Shown piece by piece: positions 9,284 through 18,204 of a stretch of 64,000 nucleotides of DNA. The notes beneath the pieces were generated by a model that worked only from the letters and a program-made list of their open reading frames with translations, was not told the DNA's origin and searched no databases. How positions within the stretch are numbered: position 1 is the stretch's first letter; every line of letters starts with the position of its first letter. A program made the translations under genes and the position numbers. Source of the stretch: Eubacteriales bacterium (lineage in GTDB: Bacteria > Bacillota > Clostridia > Oscillospirales > UBA644); the NCBI GenBank assembly GCA_045535665.1, contig JAZSMD010000001.1, positions 24,240-88,239 on the forward strand, written 5' to 3'.

Positions 9284-11320
9284 TTACTGAATGAGTTCTC
9301 CCGTGGATTTTGTATCTGTATAACTGTCTGCCTCAAAGTAGTAAGAAAGAACATCTTTTACCAATTCTGCATTTATTGCTGCTGCATTTGTACCTCCGTT
9401 TTCGGTAACAACAACAAATGCCACTTGGGGGTTATCAATTGGGGCAATTCCAACCATAAGAGCTGTTGGTAAACCGTTTGAAACTTCCGCTGTACCTGTT
9501 TTTACACCTACGGAAACAACTTCAAAATCCTTGAAACCGTCGTAAGCAGAACCGCCTTGAACTACGTTAAGTCTTAAACCTTCGATTATTGCGTCAACTG
9601 TAGAAGATTTAAGGTTTATTTTTTCCATAACTTCAATTTCTGTCTCCATTATAAGCTCACCGTTTTCACGGTTTCGTACAGCCTTGATTATGTGAGGTCG
9701 GTATCTTGTGCCCCCGTTTGCAATAGTTGCAACAGCATTTACAAGCTGAAGGGGAGTTACTGTATTGTCGGACTGTCCGATTGCTGCAAGTAATGTTTCA
9801 CCGTATTGCCACTGTTCGCCAACAGCTTCACGGTTTTCTCTGCTTGCAAGTATTCCTTTGCTTTCACCGTAAAGGTCTATACCTGTTTTTTCTCCAAAAC
9901 CTAAAAGTTTACCGTATTTTGTGATATTCTCAATGGTAAGCTGACGTCCTACGTCAAAGAAGAAGCAGTTACAGGATTTCATCAGAGCCTCTTTGACGGT
10001 AATCTTTCCATGAGTGATTCCGTATTGGCTGAATGCAAAGCAAGAAGGCTGGAATGTATCATAATAAGTATAAATACCGTCGCATTTAAAAACAGTATCG
10101 GGATTTATTATTTCTTCTTCAAGAGCCGCAACCGAAACTATAGTTTTAAACGTTGATCCGGGAGGAAACAATCCCGATATTGCTCTGTTTACATATGGTT
10201 TTAAACCACTGCTTGTATAATAGGCAAAATCTTTGTTATATGTTTCCAGATTATATGTTGGATAGGATGCCATTGAAAGTATTTCCGCTGTGTTTATGTC
10301 CATAAAAATTGCTGTAGCAGATTTTGCCGCTCCTTCACCGTTTTGTTCCTTCAGCATTTTTACGATTTTTTCAAGGCTTTGCTCCGTTACCATTTGCATG
10401 GGTTTGCTTATGGTTAAAATTACATCATTTCCCGGAATCGCAGAAACATCTTCAATAATATCGACAACACTTCCTGTTGCATCTCTTACGGTATATCTGT
10501 ATCCGTTTGTTCCTCTAAGATATTTTTCTGCATATTTTTCTATTCCGTCTTTGCCTACATAGTCGTCATAGGAGTAGCCTTCTGCTTTTAGAGTTTCATA
10601 CTCCTCAGCAAATATAATACCCACATTTCCTATAATATGAGAGGCAAAGTAATCTTCACTGTATGTTCTTACGGGTTCCACATTTATGTATATTCCCGGA
10701 AGCTCTTCGCTGTTTTCTTTGATTACTGTAGCGGCTTCTATCGAAATATCACTTGCGAATATATAGTAATTTGAAGAACCTCTTGACTCCATTTCATATC
10801 TTACAGCTACAATTTTCAGAGCTTCTTCAATTGGCAGAGCTGTAAGCTTGTAGTATTTTATGAGGGCAAATGCTGTTTCTTCCGCATTGAGGTGCGTATC
10901 TATTCTTTTCGCGGAAAGATATTTATTAAATGAATTGACTTTGGATGAACTTGAAAGAAAACTTTCATCAAAGATATAGGGTTCAGTTTTTGAGATAGGA
11001 AACGAATCGTAATATGAAGCTCCTGTATTTTCAAATATTTTAACAAGAAGACCTATTTCTGAATTCAAAGCCTTTACCATTGATTTGTCTATTTCAACGG
11101 TCATAACTGTTTCACTTTGTACGATGGGAGCACAGTATCTGTCAAGGATATCGCCTCTGGGGGCTTTTACTGCGGTCTTTGTGATGACGCTGTTTCTTGA
11201 CCTTTCCGCATAATCAGCTCCGTCAATAAGCTGGAGCTTTATGAGTTGAAGTACAAAAACAGAACAAACTAAAATGAAAACGGCAAAAACCACATAAATG
11301 CGAGGTTTTTTTTCTACCAT
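9284..11320 (-). CDS. mrdA: penicillin-binding protein 2 (elongasome transpeptidase)
   Basis: 678 aa with an N-terminal TM. Motifs STFK, SDN and KTGTAE are present. It lies downstream of mreBCD. Confidence 0.9.
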   Translation of the reverse strand: MVEKKPRIYVVFAVFILVCSVFVLQLIKLQLIDGADYAERSRNSVITKTAVKAPRGDILDRYCAPIVQSETVMTVEIDKSMVKALNSEIGLLVKIFENTGASYYDSFPISKTEPYIFDESFLSSSSKVNSFNKYLSAKRIDTHLNAEETAFALIKYYKLTALPIEEALKIVAVRYEMESRGSSNYYIFASDISIEAATVIKENSEELPGIYINVEPVRTYSEDYFASHIIGNVGIIFAEEYETLKAEGYSYDDYVGKDGIEKYAEKYLRGTNGYRYTVRDATGSVVDIIEDVSAIPGNDVILTISKPMQMVTEQSLEKIVKMLKEQNGEGAAKSATAIFMDINTAEILSMASYPTYNLETYNKDFAYYTSSGLKPYVNRAISGLFPPGSTFKTIVSVAALEEEIINPDTVFKCDGIYTYYDTFQPSCFAFSQYGITHGKITVKEALMKSCNCFFFDVGRQLTIENITKYGKLLGFGEKTGIDLYGESKGILASRENREAVGEQWQYGETLLAAIGQSDNTVTPLQLVNAVATIANGGTRYRPHIIKAVRNRENGELIMETEIEVMEKINLKSSTVDAIIEGLRLNVVQGGSAYDGFKDFEVVSVGVKTGTAEVSNGLPTALMVGIAPIDNPQVAFVVVTENGGTNAAAINAELVKDVLSYYFEADSYTDTKSTGELIQ

Positions 11321-11829
11321 TGTCTTTTTCTTTTCCTTTCTCTGTTAGGATCTGAGATTCTTTGGAAAAATTTCATCATAAAATAAACTAAAATTGAAAA
11401 GGGGAGTGTCATAATGATTTTTGGTAATAAAACATATATCAGTACGGATATCGGGGAAGCTTCATTTAAAATAATATAGAATACTGCCTTTAATCCACCG
11501 AAGATAATAATGGAAGATTCCGTTATTATCATTGTGCTGAGAAAATTTTTTGACAAGGTGATTTCGGTAAGTGTTCCTGCAATAAAACCTGTTATCATAA
11601 AAACGATTGCCTGAGAACCGAAAATCGAACCTCCTGTAAAATCGCACAGCAGTCCGAATATAAGTCCGAAAATTGCTCCGAACCTTTCTTTTTCAAGAAT
11701 TCCCATTGCTGAAACTCCGCAAAGAACATACATCGGAGCCACTCCGTATAAAGTTATTGGGCGAAAGACTGCTTCAACAAAAAAAAGAAGGATGAAGCCC
11801 AGGGAGTATAAAGTTATTTTTTTTGCCAC
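11314..11829 (-). CDS. mreD: rod shape-determining protein MreD
   Basis: 171-aa polytopic membrane protein between mreC and PBP2. It overlaps PBP2 by 7 nt. Confidence 0.8.
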   Translation of the reverse strand: MAKKITLYSLGFILLFFVEAVFRPITLYGVAPMYVLCGVSAMGILEKERFGAIFGLIFGLLCDFTGGSIFGSQAIVFMITGFIAGTLTEITLSKNFLSTMIITESSIIIFGGLKAVFYIILNEASPISVLIYVLLPKIIMTLPFSILVYFMMKFFQRISDPNRERKRKRQW

Positions 11830-11858
11830 GGTACTTCTCCTTTCAAAGAAATTATAGA

Positions 11859-12701
11859 TTACTCGTCATTCTCCGATGCGTAATTTATTGATATATATAC
11901 TTTTTTTAAATTTAAAAAATCAACGGCAGGCTGAATTACTGCATATTTTGTAAGACCGTTGTCGTCGATGCTGATATCTTTGATCGAACCTATTATTATT
12001 CCTGCAGGGTAAAGTCCTCCAAGCCCCGATGTTTCAACTAAATCTCCGCGAATTGCAGAGGAATTTTTGTTCAGATAGGATAGTTTACAGAGCCCTTTTG
12101 CTTTTAGTTCAATAGTTCCTTCCGTCATTGCTGTATCTTCTGTTCTTGTTATTATTGCACCGACTGCAATTTGAGGATCGGTGAAAGTTACTACTGTAGC
12201 CCAATTCGGGCCCACATCTCTGACCTTCCCCACAAGACCGGTTGATGCTATGACGACATCTTTTTCCTTGATTCCCGAAAGAGAACCTTTGTTTATGGAA
12301 AAACTTGATACCCAACCGTCTGTTGATACAGAGACAACTGAAGCTTCTACAATCTCTAATTCTTCTGTATCTTTCAGAATATTTGCAAGTTGTTCAAGAC
12401 GGGCAATCTCAATCTCCATGGTATAAGATTTTTCAAGCCTTTTTATTAAATTGGAATTTTCTTCCTTAAGTTCTTCATTCTCTGCAAGAAGTTCCTCGTA
12501 ATTTGAATATGCGGCAAAGAATGTCGTGACTCCGTTTTTTATGTTTGTAGCCAATGTTGTAATCGGCGATGTTATAATTCCGATAAGGGTTCTGTGAGGC
12601 ATTTTTCCACCGTCAATTGCAACATTAAGCATAAAACCTGCAAGAAAACAGGTTATAATTATCAATACAACAAAAAATCTGCTTCTGAAAAAATTATTCA
12701 T
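11859..12701 (-). CDS. mreC: rod shape-determining protein MreC
   Basis: 280 aa with an N-terminal TM, a coiled coil (LAENEELKEENSNLIKRLE) and a beta-rich C-terminal domain. Located after mreB. Confidence 0.9.
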   Translation of the reverse strand: MNNFFRSRFFVVLIIITCFLAGFMLNVAIDGGKMPHRTLIGIITSPITTLATNIKNGVTTFFAAYSNYEELLAENEELKEENSNLIKRLEKSYTMEIEIARLEQLANILKDTEELEIVEASVVSVSTDGWVSSFSINKGSLSGIKEKDVVIASTGLVGKVRDVGPNWATVVTFTDPQIAVGAIITRTEDTAMTEGTIELKAKGLCKLSYLNKNSSAIRGDLVETSGLGGLYPAGIIIGSIKDISIDDNGLTKYAVIQPAVDFLNLKKVYISINYASENDE

Positions 12702-12760
12702 TGGTGGGCATTGCCTCCTTTCACTTTATCATAAATTCATGTATTTCTGTTGTCGATGTT

Positions 12761-13756
12761 TTATACGGTAGCAGTTCGTTTCAAGTCTCCGAGTAATTCC
12801 AAAGCTCTTCCTGCACCAACAGCAACACTTTCAAGAGGACTTGCGGCAAGTTCAGCTTTTAGTCCCGTTTCTTTAAATATAAGTTCGCTCCATCCGTCGA
12901 GCATGGAGCCGCCGCCAACCATAACGATTCCGTTTTCAATGATGTCGGACGCTAATTCGGGATCTATCTTTTCCAAAGTCATTTTGATTCCGTCTATAAT
13001 ATTATAAACGGTTTCCATGATGGCTTCTCGAACATCATCTGAAGAAACTGAGACGCTTAAGGGTAGTCCTTCAATCAGATCCCGTCCACTTACGGTCATA
13101 AAATCCATAACTTCTCTTTCTGTTACAGAGCCTAAATGTATTTTCAGATCTTCCGCAACCTGGTCACCTATAAGGATGTTGTACGTTTTACGGATAAAAG
13201 ATATTATATTTCTGTCCATAGTAAGACCTGCATCGTCCAATGTGGTTTCCGCAACTATACCACCCATGGAGAGGACTGCGATTTCCGTACTCCCACCACC
13301 GATGTCTACGATCATGTGTCCTTTCGGTTCAAATATGGGCAGTCCGCAACCTATGGCTGCAGCCAAAGGTTTTTCTATCAAAATTGCTTTTTTTACTTTC
13401 GCAGATATTACTGCATCTTCCACCGCTCTTCTTTCAACGGGGGTTGCCTTGTAGGGGACTGTTACTACGGCTGTTATTGAACCCCAGCTTTTTTTTGTGG
13501 AGCGGATATATTCCTTAAGCATGAGTGTGGTTTTTTCAAAGTCTGCTATTACACCATTCTCCAAAGGACGTACAGCCGAAATTGTGTCAGGAGTTCTTCC
13601 CAACATCATTTTTGCTTCTCTTCCTACTGCCATTATGTTATCGGAGAAACTTTCAACAGCAATGGCAGAGGGTTCGTTTAAAACAACACCTCTGTTTTTG
13701 TTATATATAACTGTGTTGACGGTGCCAAGGTCTATACCTAAATCATTTGCACCCAT
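12761..13756 (-). CDS. mreB: rod shape-determining protein MreB
   Basis: 331-aa actin-like ATPase: DLGIDLGTVNTVIY, MIVDIGGGSTEIAV, GIVMVGGGSML. Confidence 0.95.
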   Translation of the reverse strand: MGANDLGIDLGTVNTVIYNKNRGVVLNEPSAIAVESFSDNIMAVGREAKMMLGRTPDTISAVRPLENGVIADFEKTTLMLKEYIRSTKKSWGSITAVVTVPYKATPVERRAVEDAVISAKVKKAILIEKPLAAAIGCGLPIFEPKGHMIVDIGGGSTEIAVLSMGGIVAETTLDDAGLTMDRNIISFIRKTYNILIGDQVAEDLKIHLGSVTEREVMDFMTVSGRDLIEGLPLSVSVSSDDVREAIMETVYNIIDGIKMTLEKIDPELASDIIENGIVMVGGGSMLDGWSELIFKETGLKAELAASPLESVAVGAGRALELLGDLKRTATV

Positions 13757-13760
13757 ATAA

Positions 13761-13793
13761 GCTCCAATCCGCCGCGCAGAGGCGGCATAAAAA
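13761..13793 (-). repeat. 33-nt direct repeat, copy 1 (GC-rich hairpin plus the mreB RBS)
   Basis: gctccaatccgccgcgcagaggcggcataaaaa is identical to 13906-13938. On the minus strand it reads TTTTTATGCCGCCTCTGCGCGGCGGATTGGAGC, followed by TTAT and the mreB ATG. Confidence 0.9.
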
Positions 13794-13820
13794 ATATAGT
13801 AAATTCAGATGAGTTTGCAA
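13793..13820 (-). promoter_or_regulatory. candidate sigma-A promoter for mreB
   Basis: The minus strand reads TTGCAA-16 nt-TATATT. This would start the transcript just before the CCGCC/GGCGG hairpin. Confidence 0.4.
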
Positions 13821-13855
13821 AGCAAACAAAACGGGAACCGTTTTAATCTGAATTT
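13801..13855. other. Predicted three-way-junction RNA/DNA structure
   Basis: P1 is AAATTCAGAT (13801-13810) paired with ATCTGAATTT (13846-13855). It encloses GTTTGC-aaa-GCAAAC (13813-13827) and AAAACGG-gaa-CCGTTTT (13828-13844). Confidence 0.5.
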
Positions 13856-13905
13856 TGACGTGAACAAGGAGACAAACAGTTCAGAAGGTCGCATATTCAC
13901 GTCGT

Positions 13906-13938
13906 GCTCCAATCCGCCGCGCAGAGGCGGCATAAAAA
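13906..13938 (-). repeat. 33-nt direct repeat, copy 2
   Basis: Identical to 13761-13793. It abuts the maf stop codon (13939-13941). Confidence 0.9.
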
Positions 13939-14517
13939 TTATATGATTCCTTTTTCAGAAAGTATATTATCCAAAAGCGAAAGAGGCAGACCTACTACGT
14001 TGAAGTAGCAACCGCATATTTTCTCAACAAATCGTGCCGCATAGCCCTGAATTCCGTAAGCACCTGCTTTGTCTGAATATTCATTTGTATCAAGATATTC
14101 ATCTATTGCTTTTTGAGAAAGTTCTTTAAAATATACATCTGTAGCTGAAACTTCAGTAATTGTTCCATTCATGTCCTGAACTGTAATTCCCGTGTATACC
14201 GTATGCTTTTTCCCCGAAAGACATTTCAGCATTTGTTCTCCCTCAGTTCTGTCAGTGGGTTTTCCCAATACTTTGCCTTTTGCGAAAACTATGGTGTCTG
14301 CAGCTATTATACAAGAATTTTTGTTGCTCTGCCATACATCATTTGCTTTGATTTTTGAAAGCTCTGAAACAAGCAATACAGGGTCGTCTATTTCAATATT
14401 TTCTTCGATCAACGATGGTTCAATTCTGAATTTTAATCCTATTTGCTCCAGAAGTTCTTTTCTTCTTGGAGATGCCGATGCCAAAATAATTTCCTGAGCC
14501 ACAGAATCAGTCCTCAT
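13939..14517 (-). CDS. maf: Maf-like nucleoside triphosphate pyrophosphatase / septum formation protein
   Basis: 192 aa: ILASASPRRKELLEQIG, IIAADTIV, GAYGIQG. Confidence 0.9.
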   Translation of the reverse strand: MRTDSVAQEIILASASPRRKELLEQIGLKFRIEPSLIEENIEIDDPVLLVSELSKIKANDVWQSNKNSCIIAADTIVFAKGKVLGKPTDRTEGEQMLKCLSGKKHTVYTGITVQDMNGTITEVSATDVYFKELSQKAIDEYLDTNEYSDKAGAYGIQGYAARFVEKICGCYFNVVGLPLSLLDNILSEKGII

Positions 14518-14842
14518 TTATAATTTCAATAAATTGACGGTATTTTGCAGGATTTTCGTTTTTTAGTTTACGAAGGCTTGATGCCATATAAAGAAACATT
14601 GAGTCTTCATCCTTGTAACCGAGAAGGGAAGACGATATTTCTGTGTCAATTTCGTATGCTTTACAGATTTTATATATAACATCCGAAGACGGAAGCGGTT
14701 TTTGACCCGTTCTTGGGTCGTGACCGCTTTCCAATTCAGAAAGGTATGTGTGGCTTATACCGATTATTGCACTTGCCGCGCGGAGACTGAGTCCCCTTTT
14801 TGAGCGTTCAGTCAACAGCATTTCGCCAAAATTTATATTCAT
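14507..14842 (-). CDS. XRE-family helix-turn-helix transcriptional regulator
   Basis: 111 aa with HTH LSLRAASAIIGISHTYLSELESG. Overlaps maf by 11 nt. Confidence 0.75.
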   Translation of the reverse strand: MNINFGEMLLTERSKRGLSLRAASAIIGISHTYLSELESGHDPRTGQKPLPSSDVIYKICKAYEIDTEISSSLLGYKDEDSMFLYMASSLRKLKNENPAKYRQFIEIINED

Positions 14843-14869
14843 GGAATTATCCTTTCAATTTCACATGCC

Positions 14870-15601
14870 TTATTCTTCGTCGTTCCAGTTGTGGTAAGTA
14901 TTCTGAACGTCGTCGTTATCTTCCAATACTTCAAGAAGTTTGTTCATATTCTTAATGTGGTCGGGATCTGTAAGGGAGATATAGTTTGAGGGAACCTGTT
15001 CAACTTCTGCGGAAAGGAATTCATAGCCCTTACCTTCAAGGAATTCTCTTACTTCAGAGAAACTTTCGGGAGCTGTGTATATCTCGTAAACATTTTCTTC
15101 AACTACGAAGTCTTCAGCATCAACTTCCATAAGTTCTTCCATAAGCTTTTCTTCGTCATCATATTCTTCTTTAGAGATAACGATAACTCCTTTTTTAGAG
15201 AACATCCAGTTAACTGAACCTGTCTGACCGAGGTTACCGCCGTATTTGTCGAAGTAGTGGCGAAGGTCGCCTGCTGTTCTGTTTCTGTTATCTGTGAGTG
15301 TTTCTACAATAACAGCAATACCTGCAGGACCATAACCTTCATATGTGATTTCTTCATACTGAGTGTTGTCACCGTCACCTGCAGCTTTTTTAATAACTCT
15401 TTCAATGTTATCATTGGGTACGTTGTTTGTTTTTGCTTTTGCAATGATATCCTTAAGCTTTGAGTTTGAAGCAGGATCAGGACCACCTTCTTTTACAGCC
15501 AATGTGATCTCACGACCGATTTTGGTGAAGACGCTTGCTTTCTGAGCATCGGACTTCTCTTTTTTGTGCATAATGTTCTTCCATTTAGAATGACCTGACA
15601 T
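14870..15601 (-). CDS. YebC/PmpR family DNA-binding regulator
   Basis: 243 aa. Starts MSGHSKWKNIMHKKEKSDAQKASVFTKIGREI, the family hallmark. Confidence 0.95.
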   Translation of the reverse strand: MSGHSKWKNIMHKKEKSDAQKASVFTKIGREITLAVKEGGPDPASNSKLKDIIAKAKTNNVPNDNIERVIKKAAGDGDNTQYEEITYEGYGPAGIAVIVETLTDNRNRTAGDLRHYFDKYGGNLGQTGSVNWMFSKKGVIVISKEEYDDEEKLMEELMEVDAEDFVVEENVYEIYTAPESFSEVREFLEGKGYEFLSAEVEQVPSNYISLTDPDHIKNMNKLLEVLEDNDDVQNTYHNWNDEE

Positions 15602-15664
15602 AAAATAATATCCTCCAAATTGTAATACTTAATATTATATAAAATTTATTATAAACTTGTTTTT

Positions 15665-17305
15665 TTACTGTTTGTTTCCGAATAATGCAAGGAAAATAAT
15701 TGGAACTGTCCATATGAGGTTGAAAAGGAACAGCCAAAGCCCTGTTACATATGTCGGAGCAAAGAATAATGCAATTGCAGTAAGTGCCATGCCGAAACCG
15801 ACGCTGACCTGTTTTGTCAGGATACTGATGTCGATTATGTGCATGAGGTTCTTAGCTTGTCTTACAGAAGACAAAATACCGATTGAATTTTTGGTAGTTA
15901 TCATTACAGGCAGATTGTTTCCGTCCGCAATACTTTCTCTGATATCAGAGATGAGTTTTACTTCGTCTGCATCGGGAACAATAATTTTTGTATTTTGAAG
16001 ATCGTATCTCTTTTGAACCATTGTTTCTGTGACTGAGCAGTCTTTTGTTTCAATTATGATATTGAAATCTTCTCCTACATTTTCAGCCGCACGTTTCATT
16101 GCGGGGTCGTAGTTGTAAGTGAATAGTATATATGCAGCTATTTCACCATTAATTGCCAAATATAGCATGTTTTTATTTTTCGTTACCATAGCTGCTTCTG
16201 TTTCCTGTGGAAGAGGCGAGATATCATATGATAGAAGTAAATTTCTGTTACCCAAAAGGACTTCGTCATCATATATTTTACCCGAAATACCATAATTTTT
16301 CATGTAACGCCATTCCTGAACTTTGGGAAGTCTCTTTACGGGACAGGAAACAGTTTTAAGGAACGCTTTTCTCAATGGGGATCTTGATTTTATGAGAAGA
16401 GCTGCAGTATATTCGATTGCTTCGGTCATATAGTCTTTGTTTTTGAATCTGAATTTGTCTATATGAACTCTTTTAGGAGGGAAAAGCTCTGTATCTGTAA
16501 CCACGAGAGTTTCGATATCTTTAAGGGAATCTATAGAGTGATACCCCAATAGAACGCTTCCTAATTTTCTCAAACGTCTTTGTGTTGTGATGTATGGTAA
16601 AACAAATGAAGTTTCACTTGTAAATGATGCCGCAATTGAAAACATTGCTGCCAATGTAAGGGTGAATCCTCCTGCTCCTCCGACAAAGATCATAATTATG
16701 GAAATTATCATGGCTAAACCTGCTGCAACAGGTACAAAATATCTGCTTTTGGATTCCGAAGGATCTCCTTCATATGAAGTATCCATAACGTTAGGGAAAT
16801 TTATTACCGGATTAACCATGCATACCTGTTCAACATATCTTTTAGTAAGGCTTATTCTTTCAGCGCTTACTTCATACATTTTGCCTTTTTTGATAATGTT
16901 GAGATTTATGATTATTTCATTTACATAAAGCAGCTTCATAAGCATTGAACAGCTTACGGAAACAAATATAACCCATGATATTGTGGGAGCTGTTTGAGTT
17001 TTATCCAAAATCTGATAAAGACTGTGTATAGCCGCAGCAACGACTGCCAGAGAGTTGAGACTGTCATTTGACGGTTGTAATCTGAATATTGAGATTATTC
17101 CATCGGAAAATTCATTTAGGCAAACAATAAAAAGGATTACCGAAAAAACGAGCCCCGTGATGCCGCTTACTATGGAAGGGAGAGAGATCAGTGAAAGCAC
17201 AAAGAGAGTGCATGCAGCAATTCCTGAGGTTATTGTTTTAACGCTGATAGAATCTCTCACCGACAGTGCCGATGTATATTGCTCGTTGAATATTTCTTCA
17301 TTCAT
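15665..17305 (-). CDS. Membrane protein with P1B-type ATPase-like architecture but degenerate catalytic motifs
   Basis: 546 aa. TM bundle, short A-domain-like loop, TM pair, cytoplasmic P/N-domain-like region, then 2 C-terminal TM. LVVTDTELFPP sits where VVFDKTGTLT is expected, ETKDC where TGDN is expected, and TTKNSIG where GDGxNDAP is expected. No CPC motif is present. Confidence 0.55.
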   Translation of the reverse strand: MNEEIFNEQYTSALSVRDSISVKTITSGIAACTLFVLSLISLPSIVSGITGLVFSVILFIVCLNEFSDGIISIFRLQPSNDSLNSLAVVAAAIHSLYQILDKTQTAPTISWVIFVSVSCSMLMKLLYVNEIIINLNIIKKGKMYEVSAERISLTKRYVEQVCMVNPVINFPNVMDTSYEGDPSESKSRYFVPVAAGLAMIISIIMIFVGGAGGFTLTLAAMFSIAASFTSETSFVLPYITTQRRLRKLGSVLLGYHSIDSLKDIETLVVTDTELFPPKRVHIDKFRFKNKDYMTEAIEYTAALLIKSRSPLRKAFLKTVSCPVKRLPKVQEWRYMKNYGISGKIYDDEVLLGNRNLLLSYDISPLPQETEAAMVTKNKNMLYLAINGEIAAYILFTYNYDPAMKRAAENVGEDFNIIIETKDCSVTETMVQKRYDLQNTKIIVPDADEVKLISDIRESIADGNNLPVMITTKNSIGILSSVRQAKNLMHIIDISILTKQVSVGFGMALTAIALFFAPTYVTGLWLFLFNLIWTVPIIFLALFGNKQ

Positions 17306-18180
17306 TACAGATCAGAGCCTCCGGACATTGAGTCCTTGATTGTTCTTTGTCTCAAAGCTTCGTACATTGCAAGAGCTCCTGCAACAGAGATATTTAAGGA
17401 TGTGATCTCACCTTTCATGGGGATTCTCATAAGGTAGTCACAATTTTCTCTTGTAAGACGGGAAATTCCTTTTCCTTCGTCACCGAGAACTATTGCCGCA
17501 GAGCCTGTAAGGTCTGTGGAATAAAGCTCATCGGAACCGCTTCCGTCTGTGCCGTATATCCAAACACCGTTGTCCTGAAGAAGCTTTATTGTGTCGTTTA
17601 TATTTACAACTCTTGCAATTTTAACATATTCGCACGCACCTGCCGCAGATTTGAAAACTGCAGAGGTCATGCCGCAAGAGCCTCTTTTGGGAAGAATTAT
17701 TCCGTGAACGCCTGAAGCATTTGCGGTTCTGATTATTGCACCGAGATTTCCCGGGTCATTGATACCGTCGATTATGAGAATAAGAGGCTTTTCACCTTTT
17801 TCTTCAGCAACAGCTAAAATATCTTCAACTTCGCAATATTCAAATTCCGTTGTAAGGGCAAGAACTCCTTGATGGTTTCCGTTACCGGACATTTTATCGA
17901 GCTTTGCTTTTTCAGCTTCAACGACAACGATATGTTTTTCCTTTGCCATTGAGATTATTTTTGAGATTGAACCTTCTCTGTCGCCCTTGAGAACGAAGAG
18001 TTTATCAACTGTTCTTTCGGAACGGAGAAGTTCCATTACGGAGTTTCTGCCGAAAACGGCATTTTCACTGTAATCGCTGCTGATTTCCGTTCTTACTCTT
18101 TTGTTTACTTTTATTGGTCTGTCATTTTTTCTTACTGACTGACCGTTAATTGATTTCTTTTTTGGTTTTCTGTCGTACAT
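17305..18180 (-). CDS. rlmB: 23S rRNA 2'-O-ribose methyltransferase, RlmB/TrmH family
   Basis: 291 aa with a SpoU/TrmH C-terminal domain (GNLGAIIRTANASGV, VLGDEGKGIS, SLNISVAGALAMYE) and a basic N-terminal extension. Its stop overlaps the next start (TAATG). Confidence 0.85.
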   Translation of the reverse strand: MYDRKPKKKSINGQSVRKNDRPIKVNKRVRTEISSDYSENAVFGRNSVMELLRSERTVDKLFVLKGDREGSISKIISMAKEKHIVVVEAEKAKLDKMSGNGNHQGVLALTTEFEYCEVEDILAVAEEKGEKPLILIIDGINDPGNLGAIIRTANASGVHGIILPKRGSCGMTSAVFKSAAGACEYVKIARVVNINDTIKLLQDNGVWIYGTDGSGSDELYSTDLTGSAAIVLGDEGKGISRLTRENCDYLMRIPMKGEITSLNISVAGALAMYEALRQRTIKDSMSGGSDL

Positions 18181-18204
18181 AGCAGATCACTGTCCTTTCG
18201 GGAA

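Noticed and set aside
13805-13894. The 29-codon ORF between maf and mreB considered as a type I toxin.
   Set aside because: The peptide (MRPSELFVSLFTSKFRLKRFPFCLLCKLI) has no hydrophobic stretch of about 20 residues. Its RBS spacing is long (12 nt). I kept it only as a possible leader peptide inside the repeat finding.
13761-13938. The 33-nt hairpin-containing direct repeats considered as a mini CRISPR array.
   Set aside because: There are only two copies, separated by 112 nt, which is far longer than a spacer. No cas genes are present in the window. One copy doubles as the mreB RBS.
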